DNA of 64,000 nt, from the NCBI GenBank assembly GCA_003344405.1, contig NOWV01000003.1:1364001-1428000 (forward strand), written 5' to 3'. This document shows, piece after piece, positions 1 through 11,239 of the stretch. The notes beneath the pieces were generated by a model. It had not been told where the DNA came from and did no database searches. It saw nothing but the letters and a program-made list of their open reading frames with translations. Both the position numbers and the translations under genes were made by a program. Position 1 is the first letter of the stretch. Each line of letters opens with the position of its first letter. The DNA comes from Trichoplax sp. H2. Its lineage: Eukaryota.

Positions 1-1346
1 ACAACTCCCCGATTTTAATTTATTTCTATGTTGTTGCTGCTTTTTCGTACTAGATCATTGATCGGAAAAGTTCATCAAACGCTTCAAACTTTACATTCAT
101 TGTTTTTATTACTGTTCATTATGCTGCAGAATGATTGAAAATCCTACTTATTACCAGTATATCCTATTTTATCTTCCGATATCTTCTTTATTATGAACTA
201 CAATGCTGCTGAAAGAGTTTATCGTTATCAATTTTATATGTTCCAACTTAATCTCCACTAGTCACTCTTGAGAATAATCAAAATTATTTATTCCAGTTTG
301 ATATTTTCCTTATTTTCATCACTACCGCTAATCTTGGTTGGAAAGGTTCATTGAACGTTTATTAACTTTATGTATCTTATTTTTTTCATCACTGCTACTG
401 AAGTATTGTAAGCAAATTTTTGAGATTCACCTATTGCATTTTTATAATTCCATAGTTTTTCTTTAGTCTGTGACCGCTGTTGAAAGTATTATTAATAGCT
501 CACCGAGCGCCTTCAATTTTCTTATTTTTCTACTCTTAGTCACGCTTGAGAAGGATAAAGTAAGAGCTTTTTTCAATTTTGGCTACCTATTTTATCTTAT
601 TGACATTATTTGTTTATAGTATTGACTAAACAAGCCAATGATCAAACACTTTCAACTTTTCATTCTCTAGAATTTAACTGATCAAGACTTGGTCAGTCAT
701 GCATTACTTTATTTTAGAATATTTCCATGATTACTACTAGAGAATGATCTAAAGTTGCTCTATTTAACTCTTAACTTTCTTTATTCCATTATAGTTAATG
801 TCCCTCCTACCACAGATAAGCTTGAATAATTGTATATTCATATCATGACATACATATATATAATTTAATTTGTGTTTTCAAGGATTACCGGTAAAAATTT
901 TGCCTACCACCGCTATGCTTTTAGCTTCATATTTCTCATCATTATCTCGATGTTGTTGATACTAAAGATCTATGCTAAGTTTATATTGATAACTGAATAT
1001 AAATAATAGCTACAAAGTATTTCATTATACTGTATCATTCTCATTAGTGATGGCTTTAAGACAACATCGGATATTAAAGTTTTACCTCTTGCCTTACTGC
1101 TGTCAGTTATGGTAGAGATTTGATCGAAATTCCATCTTTATATAATACTCTAACTTTCATAGTTCTCAATTATTCCCTGGTCAATTCCTAACAAGACAAT
1201 GATCTAGAGTTGTCGTAGTTCCTGTTTCTAATTATTAATATATTTAATCTTTATTATGCTGCATTTCATACTTGAGAAGTTATCTTGTTATGGTAATCTT
1301 AAATGCCCATGCTTGAGGTACCGCATCGAAAATTTGTTTATTACCT

Positions 1347-1773
1347 TGTCACAAACCGGCTTCGTGACAAGGATAACGTAAACAAATCTCTAAATTACTA
1401 TAGTCTCCGGGATTCGGTATCCCTTAACTACCTCACAAGAATTTAGACGCCTTTGATTCTAGGTTAAACTCAACTAGACGATTGAGAACTACTTTATTCA
1501 ACTATCTGACGGGCTTATATACCCTTCTACAACAGCTAACATTCACGAGTCATCTTATAAAAATACTTAGGTGAGAACATCTACTAACTAATTTTCACAT
1601 TCGGACTACAACATGTCTGTTCAGTACACATTACTGCACAGCATTAAATTTACTGTAACACATTTGTAATTAGAGTAATTCCTATTGTAAGTAACTAGTT
1701 ATAATATATTATCACTATATTATATTAACCAAATTTAGATAGCTATTTCTTCACGGTAGTTCGTACCGTGACA
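1347..1773 (-). mobile_element. Solo-LTR-like element, copy 1 (427 bp, TGTCAC...GTGACA, 5-bp TSD TACCT)
   Basis: Starts TGTCAC at 1347 and ends GTGACA at 1773. TACCT flanks both sides (1342-1346, 1774-1778). Minus strand carries TATATAA (1515-1521) followed by AATAAA (1493-1498), as in an LTR. Two more copies lie nearby. Confidence 0.8.
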
Positions 1774-1778
1774 TACCT

Positions 1779-3541
1779 TAATACCGTTTATTTCGCTTTC
1801 TACAATTTGGTAGCAAGTTTCAACATTTCGTTAAATGTGCTTCGTATCGCGGTTTTTATTATCGATACCAGGAGAAATATATTAGCAATTCTCCTACAAC
1901 ACTTATTTTTTATATCTTTAATTTCTTTATCGTAGCTTGTACTAGGACAATAAATCCAAAAATTTCATCAAGAGTCCTCTGTTGCAGCAATCCTACTATT
2001 GATACTAGGGAGAGGGTCAGAAATTCATCTTTTACATTAACATTTCATTTTCTCCTTTTATTCTACACTACTATTGATATGGTAGATGATGTAAATATTT
2101 GTCAACATTTTTTAAATTTATGTCCTTGCAACAATGCTTAATACGTATACGAAGATGATCCATAGTCACCAAACACGTTCGATTTCGCTTTATCTATTAC
2201 ATCAACGCCATTTATATTCGAGAGTGCTGAAAACCTGCATCTATAAAGTAAATATTATTAATAATTAATTCAAACTGTTTACTTAGCGTTACAACAATAT
2301 CGCTTCTTGCGGCGACAGTAAGATTGACATTTTTTATGAAATAATTCATACTATCAATGATTGCGTAGTTGGCTACTACGAATTGCGAGTAAACAGGTAA
2401 TATTAACAAATTATTAAACAACTTTATTACTGATTGTCACACACCAGCTTCGTGACAAGGATAACGTAAAACAAATCTCTAAATTACTATGGTCTCCGGG
2501 ATTCAGTATCCCTTAACTACCTCACAAGAATTTAGACGCCTTTGATTCTACGTTAAACTCAACTAGACGATTGAGAACTACTTTATTTAACTATCTGACG
2601 GGCTTATATACCCTTCTACAACAGCTAACATTCACAAGTCATCTTATAAAAATACTTAGGTGAGATCTACTAACTAATTTTTCACGTTCGGACTACAACA
2701 TGTCCATTCACAGAATCATTTCAGTGCACATTACTGCACAGCATTAAATTTACTGTAACACATTTATAATTAGAGTAATTCCTATTGTAGGTAACTAGTT
2801 GTAATATATTATCACTATATTATATTAACCAAATTTAAATAGCTATTTTTTCACGGTAGTTCGTACCGTGACGTACCTTAATGCCGTTTATTTCGCTTTC
2901 TATAATTTGGTAGAAAGTTTCAACATTTCGTTAAATGTGCTTTCGTATCGCGGTTTTATTATCGATACCAGGAGAAATATATTAGCAATTCTCCTACAAC
3001 ACTTATTTTTATATTTTTAATTTCTTTATCGTAGCTTGTACTAGGACAATAAATCCTAAAATTTCATCAGGACTCCTCTGTCGCAGCAATCCTACTATTG
3101 ATACTAGGGAGAGGGTCAGAAATTCATCTTTTACATTAACATTTCATTTTCTCCTTTTATTCTACACTACTATTGATATAGTAGATGATGTAAATATTTG
3201 TCAACATTTTTTTAACTTTATATGTCCTTGCAACAATGCTTAATACGTATGCGAAGATGATCCATAGTCACCGAACACGTTCGATTTCGCTTTATCTATT
3301 ACATCAATGCCATTTATAGTCGAGAATGCTGAAAACCTGCATCTATAAAGTAAATATTATTAATAATTAATTCAAACTGTTTACTTAGCGTTACAACAAT
3401 ATCGCTTCTTGCGGAGACAGTAAGAGACAGTAAGATTGACATTTTTTATGAAATAACTCATACTATCAATGATTGCGTAGTTGGCTACTACGAATTGCGA
3501 GTAAACAGGTAATATTAGCAAATTATTAAACAACTTTATTA
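1779..3541. repeat. Direct duplication of a ~650-bp segment (1779-2429 vs 2879-3541)
   Basis: Near-identical sequence follows LTR copies 1 and 2, with scattered SNPs and small indels. Confidence 0.9.
2435..2873 (-). mobile_element. Solo-LTR-like element, copy 2 (chimeric flanks CTGAT / TACCT)
   Basis: Near-identical to copy 1. Left flank CTGAT (2430-2434), right flank TACCT (2874-2878). Left-half variants match copy 3; the right flank matches copy 1. Confidence 0.8.
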
Positions 3542-4039
3542 CTGATCATTGATAGCCAATGATGATATCGAGTTATCGATATGTAAAGTCTGGTGAAACA
3601 GGGTTAATATGCCTTGAGTAGTACATCAGGACTAATTTAGCCGTTTTAATCTCATTTCTATATAATCTACCATAATAACATACTTTTAATCGACTAGCAT
3701 TACAGTTAATATCTAAAGTAGCTGGTGGATGAACGAATATGAAGTATATTATGAAAAATTTAGGGGTCTTCGTTTGATGAGACTGAAATAATAACTCTAC
3801 AAAGTATTTACTATTGCTATAGTGAGTTATGGATAGTAAAGGGGCCTTACATAAAAATTAATTCATGATACTGCTGAACTAATATGATTTGACAAAACTT
3901 TTGACAGTTATTCTATTTCATGAACATGATTTCTAATTGCATAATGCAGATAATATAAATGATTTAAGTTAGCTTGTACGATATAGTTGATGGGCGAGAG
4001 AAAACTTATACCGCAATAAATTACTTAAAAATAATTGAT

Positions 4040-4059
4040 NNNNNNNNNNNNNNNNNNNN
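4040..4059. other. Assembly gap (20 N)
   Basis: Run of n characters. Confidence 1.
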
Positions 4060-4454
4060 AAATCTCTAAATTACTATGGTCTCCGGGATTCAGTATCCCT
4101 TAACTACCTCACAAGAATTTAGACGCCTTTGATTCTACGTTAAACTCAACTAGACGATTGAGAACTACTTTATTTAACTATCTGACGGGCTTATATACCC
4201 TTCTACAACAGCTAACATTCACAAGTCATCTTATAAAAATACTTAGGTGAGATAACTAGTTTTTTGCAGTCGGACTACAATATGTCCATTCACAGAATCA
4301 TTTCAGTGCACATTACAGCACAGCATTAAATTTACTGTAACACATTTATAATTAGAGTAATTCCTATAGTAAGTAACTAGTTGTAATATAATATCACTAT
4401 ATTATATTAACCAATTTAGATAGCTATTTCTTCACGGTAGTTCGTACCGTGACA
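4060..4454 (-). mobile_element. Solo-LTR-like element, copy 3 (left end lost in the gap), right flank CTGAT
   Basis: Same sequence resumes after the N gap and ends GTGACA at 4454, followed by CTGAT (4455-4459). Confidence 0.8.
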
Positions 4455-5686
4455 CTGATCATTAATAGCCAATGATGATATCGAGTTATCGATATGTAAA
4501 GTCTGGTGAAACAGGGTTGATATACCTTGAGTAGTACATCAGGACTAATGTAGCCGTTTTAATCTAATTTCTATATAATCTACCATAATAACATATTTTT
4601 AATCGACTATAATAGCATTACAGTTAATATCTAAAGTAGCAGGTGGATGAACGAATATGAAGTATATTATGAAAAATTTAGGGATCTTCGTTTGATGAGA
4701 CTGAAATAATAACGCTACAAAGTATTTACTATTGCTATAGCGAGTTATAGATAGTAAAGGGTCCTTACATAAAAAATTAATTCATGATACTACTGAACTA
4801 ATATGATTTGACAAAACTTTTGACAGTTATTCTATTTCTCGAACATGATTTCTAATTGCATAATGCAGATAATATAAATGATTCAAGTTAGCTTGTACGA
4901 TATAGTTGATGGGCGAGAGAAAAATTATACCGCAATAAATTACTTAAAAATAATTGATTTTAAAGCAGCATAAGTTAATAAACTGTATGTGTAATTTAGA
5001 AAAATTCATAACTATTTCAGTAGCTATCAAATCTTAGTACAATTTTACCAAGCTTTACCATGACACCTAAATTATATCACATCGAAATTGTGACAGTCAA
5101 GCTAATTTTTCAACAATACTGGAATGGCTTATTATTGCATGATATTTATATTAGATTTTCAAGTTATACGCATATATCTCATTTAGATTATGAGCGATTT
5201 AATGGTATTTAATTTCTAAAATAAAATATCACGATTCATGATAGTTGATACCATCAATATCTCCGTTTAAATCTAAGATATTATTTCCCATTTCAGCGTT
5301 ACAAGCAGTTACTAAAGCAGACCTATTTATTCATAAATTTATATGGTGATCATATTGAAGGCTATTCTCGGACGATAACGAGCAAATCTATCCTATAAAC
5401 TTTAAATTTTACATCAAAAAATCTACAAATATCCCATTAATTTCTTGATGATACTCTGTCTTTTAACTACTAGTACAATAATTTTTAACTAAAATAAGGG
5501 TTAGAAAGCTATCAATCCCAACCTCAATCACCGATTTCTTATCCTAATCTACGCAGTTTTGTGCCTTTCATGTTTTTTAATACTGATAATTATTAAAACA
5601 TAAAAGTAAAACATTTGCTAAGATTAATATTTTGTTATTATTATTATCCTTTCAAACGCCTTTTTCAATTATTCATGTGAGAATAG

Positions 5687-8600
5687 AACGTATGGAACTA
5701 AATGCTCCGGTTGTGGTATCGGAATATCGCCTAATGAATTAGTACGTCGAGCACGAGATGATGTCTACCATATCAAGTGTTTAAAATGTGCAATTTGTGG
5801 TCGTCAAATGTCAACTGGCGAGCAACTTTATATTAACCAGCATAATCAGTACATTTGCCAAGTTGATTATCAAAATTCAATTTCTTCAACTAATACAAGC
5901 CTAAATGATCAATCGTTAACGTCGAAGAGTAAAGAAGATACAGGTGCATTACGAAATTCAATTAACTACCTGTAATGTAATCTATTTTGCTTGTTGCTTA
6001 CGTTAAAATATACTATATTAATAACTCTACTCGAAGCTATGACGATCTTAATATTAAAAGTATTATGATATTTGTCGATTTTAGTGTAATTTACGAATAT
6101 TTGTGTAAATATGAATTTACAGATTAGGAGTTTTTGTAACCTATGCACACTTTTGCTTGTGTGAGTAAAAGGGTGAAAGCAATCGCCTAGTTGTGCTATG
6201 ATTGAAAAAGCTGCAACTGTTTTATTGGATAATCACAGTAATAATATCGAAGCATACGATAAACTTCTAGGTAGAAGTATTTTCTACTGTTAAGTTTATG
6301 AACTAATAAGCTAAAAGGGAAATCAATCATAATAGTATAATTTTACGCTACAAACACTGCGTACAATGTTATTTGAAGAAGAAGCTATCGAAATCTGAAT
6401 GCGGTGGTATCCTAAATGAAAATTTTATTCTTCAGTTTTCATGGTTGAATATACGGGTAGTTATAGTTGTAAATCATAAAAGTAATGATAGCAAGAAAAT
6501 CAGCTATGGCAGACAGTTATAATGATTGACAAAAGAGGTCAGAAATGTATAATCTTGCTGGCAAATGAACAGAAGTCGCGTAGGAATAAAATGAGCAAGT
6601 AAGAATACACTAGCAATATGGTTAAGAATATTCGTTGACTCCATTAGATAGGACTAGCAAAGTACAATACTCATTAAGTAAGTCTAGTTTTCATCACTGT
6701 AAATTCATACTGTAAATTGACGACAAATTAGTGAGTAAATCATCACGACAGATACAATCATATGATTATTATGAACAAAAATAGCAATAAATAGTTGTAT
6801 GCTGTCAATAATTCGTAAATCTGTTGGAGAAATCGACAATTTATCATCGAGCGTATCGAAGCAGAAAGTTCTTTATTGCTCTCACTCATACAATTAAATA
6901 TTGACATAAAATGTCTATCAAAAACTGCATTTATTAGTATCAAAGGGCAGAAAATATTAGCGCTCATTCAAAGCGTCGGTTATGTTAGTTACATAAATTA
7001 TAGATAGGGTTCATACCCCATTTTTAATACCTTATTTTATTCAAATAATTTCATTGGCATTATTTGCATTGCATTCTTTTCTGTGTTGCTATGTACGCTG
7101 ATAACTAATTGAAGGACAGTGGCTACTATACCATTGTCACTTGTAATATGTAAAAGTGTTTAAAGATATAACGTTGCACCTGTTAATAATTATCGCCATG
7201 AAATACCAAGAGTTATTGACCGTATTATAGCCCTTGAAACAATTGATGATATCGGAAATATTGTGTGTATTACTAGTATTCGGATGTCTCCCTGTCAGTT
7301 ATATTGTATTGCGTACAATATAGTTGTCTGTGATCTGTTTAGAGAACAAAAAATTGCTTCAGTCTAGTCACGAAATGTTCAATTTCTTTCTCGTAATTTG
7401 TAAACTGTTTAATTAGTGATACAAGATGATATAGGAGTACGCAATTAGATTTATAGCATTGTCATATGTAAAATGACACAGACTGTGTTTTGTCACATTA
7501 TCCCATGAAAAAAGGGCCGTATCAGTAAAAATACCCATTCCTATTTGTATCTTTGATTGATGGCCGGCTATTCTATAATGTAAACGATCAACCATTAATA
7601 GCTTACAGTATTTCTGTTTAATCCGCAAAAAACTTATATATATCTTATAATATGGTTGTTACGGCCATCGCTATGATCGGTTTGTCCGTAATAGAGTAGT
7701 TTATTCTCAATTCCATGATTGATTAAATACTATTTTTAAATGATGAATATCAAAAACTCACTCTGTACTCTAACGATTATTGCAGTTATAGTAATTAATG
7801 ATATGAACATATAACCCTTTCTTCATTTTCGTGAGTGACGATATACGGTATAGAACAATTTTACTGTACATCTGTTGTTACCATATAATCAATCTCGATG
7901 TACCATCCATGACCTATAAAAAACACTTCCAATCTTCTTGGATAGATATGGCCGCTTAATCGATGATCTACGAGTTTCCTGTTGATATGGATATTCTGTG
8001 TTGCTATAGACATATTCGTAGGCATCTTTAAGAAGTACATGTATCAAAGGACTATCATGATAAAAATGATCAAATGTGTTTTACCTTCATACATCTTGAT
8101 GAAATTGTTCCACTTGAATTAAATATAGTCAAGAATTACTTAATGGTAAAGGAAGGCTTTTCTATAAAATTGTCGTCAGATTAATTTTATTATAATTATC
8201 CCTACATGAACTACTTTATAATTAAAAGAAGCAGAAGCAGAATCAACAGTATCATTGCCAATTTTGTTTTTTGCTATTTTCTGTACTTATTCTTATTTAC
8301 CGTAGTTACTATAATGAGATAATGCCAGTTATTGTGTTGATTTTTAATTTAGAAACAAGTCCTTGCAGTTATAATAGCGATGACAAGGAAGATGATAATT
8401 CGGACTATGACGAGAAAGAAGATGAAACAGAAGATCTATTAGATAATAATAATGAAGATGATCTTCAAGCTGATAACGATAATGAAAGTGGAAATAATTG
8501 TAAGAAACGTGGACCGAGAACAACGATTAAGACAGAGCAATTAGAAATGTTAAAAAATGCTTTTGCTATAACGCCTAAGCCAACTAGATTGATACGGGAA

Positions 8601-9843
8601 CGCTTGGCGCAACAAACAGGATTAAATATGCGTGTTATCCAAGTTTGGTTTCAAAATCGACGCTCAAAAGAGCGACGTGTTAAACAAAATGCATGCCGAG
8701 CCATGTTCCGCCATAATTATCAACCATATTTATTGCCGTATAGACATGGACAATTACGTTATGATATGAAATTACCTCAATATAGTGACGAAACATGCAG
8801 TAGTCCTTCCTTTGTGCCAATGATAGGTAAGTCCATTTACATAAGTATATAAAATAGAAGTAGCTGATATGGATCTCCCCTTGTACAAATTCTAATATGA
8901 TTTAAATCTTTAATAGCCTTGACTAAAGCTTGATTCAATCTTAATATAGCTTAGGTTAGATCATAACTGCAGAAATGATTATTACTCAGTGTTGGGGTTA
9001 ACTTTCATTAATACTATACTGTATGTGTTAGGAACCAAGATCCGAGAGTTTCATTAGACAAAATGCAGACTGATCATTTCAGAGTTAGATTGTCCCAATA
9101 TACGAACAATTTTATACTATAGCAAAATTGCCATTCCTCTCTATCCTATGGTATCCTAATGATCAATCAAGTGAAAAAATGTAAATTTATGTATACTTCA
9201 GAAGCAAATTTATAGAAGTTCATAGGACTGAATAATGATTGATCATTTCTGGATTGGAATAATATTTTGGAGTAGTAAAATCGACATACCCGTATTTCCT
9301 TCTCTAAGATTATCTTGCATTATGATTATATTAATTTTTACTTTAGAAGAAATTTATATTTCTCTTTAATTTATTTACAAATTCTCCTAATGCGTACTAT
9401 ACATATAAATAATTATTCGAACTAAGGCAAATATCTTAAATAAAAGCACAAATCTAATTTGCTTCTATCTTTACGTGATACCCACAACTACAACTTATTT
9501 TTGCTTTTTAGGTACAGCAAGTTCAAGAAATACTAATTATCCAAATAGCAAATCACCAACGTCATTGTTATATACGCCAACTCAGCAGCTATCTCACTGC
9601 GATACAATTCCTAGTACTAAAACTACGACAACACCTTTCGTGTTAGATGAAAATAAAGCTCAAATAGCTCATCATCGTCATGAGGGACAGTTGATTCATG
9701 AGTTACCATATTCTGTTACCAAGGAAAGAAGGAATTCATCATTCGATCAAGACTATAATTACGATTCTGCTATGAATCCATCTTCTATAACAGCTTATCA
9801 ATACATCGCACCAAATCGTGAGCAAAATTTCTCAACAGCATAA
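5687..9843 (+). CDS. Lhx1/5: LIM-homeobox transcription factor Lhx1/5 (Lim1), 5'-partial; exons 5687-5943, 8353-8826, 9512-9843
   Basis: Exon 5687-5943 encodes LIM2 ([48 protein letters not shown]...CQVDY). Homeodomain KRGPRTTIK...[36 protein letters not shown] is Lhx1/5-type. GT-AG junctions are phase-consistent. No LIM1 exon was found in the window. Confidence 0.93.
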
Positions 9844-11239
9844 AAATGAAATTCAATAGCAGTTATGGTCAGTGTTTTTTTTATATTGATGTGCTGCAGG
9901 CTATAAAATGATCTAACTCTGATTAAAGTCATTCATATATATGCTTTAACATGAAACAAATCTATGAAAAAGATGTGCTACTTTTAGTTAAGTTGTTAAG
10001 TTGGAAAATGATTGATTGCTAAATTATAGCAATCAAAAATTTTATTTCGATACAATATCATCTTAAAGTTTGAATTAACAAGTAAATTTTCGATTTGAAA
10101 TACTCTCTTTAATGATCAGTTATGTCATCAAGCCATCAGCTTTACTTAATTCATTCTGCCATTTGTATTTAAAAGCAAATTGGGCATCGTATATATTGAT
10201 CTTCTATATTAGTGTAATAACGTGTACGTTTTATCTACCTCGTCATAAGGAACAAGAAATAAAAGAGTTAACTATTATCATATCTATTCTCCATGTAAAG
10301 TGCTAATCTTGGCATGATGATCATTTGTGCTTGTAAAAGTTACCATCTTTTTAAAAATATGATATAAAAACAGTAAGCGAACTTCATGAAAAAAACAATT
10401 TTGTCAGTAGGTATTTCATGTACTTGGTGTCATGAGTCGAAGAAATAAATACAGTATACTATGGTATAAACAAGATTTAGATTTGCTATAGATAACAATT
10501 AAGATGCTATATAGTTATAAAATATTTATTCCATCGGGCATTAATATAAAAAAATCAGGTTTTGACATAGATACGCATATACCATGTTAGATAACAACTA
10601 CAACTGTCAATTAAATAATTAGGTATAAGACAGTCGTAATCCTTAAACTCTGTTAGCCAGAGTAAATTTTCCAACGGGTCGCAAGTTTTACTTAAAATAG
10701 CCAACAAAAGCAACATTTCCATTTGCCGCTGGTGTAAAAATAAAAGGACTCACTTTACAGTATTATTATGCTGATGTTATTGCTTGGGTAATAAATACAA
10801 TTTAGTGAACTTTTTCTCTCTGACTAAAGTTGATTATAAAATTATTAATTTATAATATTTTAGAAGATATCATGAGTGTAAATTTCATTCACACTTGTAG
10901 TAATCATTAGTATCGGATACGCGAAATCGTGAAATATACGAGTACAGTATATGGCATATAATAAAGATAAACGTACAGGTTTCTATAAAATTTTGTTTGC
11001 TGCTATCAAATTTTTAAATAGATATCGTACAGTTTCAATAAACTCTTAGTTCATTGTGTTGATCTAATTTTATAAAATTATTCAAAAATTAGCTTAATAG
11101 TATACTAGAGTCGTTGTTTATATAATCTCAAAATATCGCGGATTTAGACTGTGAAATAGTGCTATACTCTTACTAACAGATATTACGGGACATTTACAAA
11201 ATTAAAAAGATTTTATGTTACGCCACTATTTTTGTAAGC

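Larger units (their letters stand above)
3547..4958. repeat. Direct duplication of a ~495-bp segment across the gap (3547-4039 vs 4460-4958)
   Basis: Both start CATT(G/A)ATAGCCAATGATGATATCG and run to TTACTTAAAAATAATTGAT, with SNP-level differences. Confidence 0.9.

Noticed and set aside
1347..4958. CRISPR-like or prokaryotic repeat system
   Set aside because: Repeats are hundreds of bp with no repeat-spacer structure, the DNA is spliced eukaryotic, and no cas-like ORFs are present.
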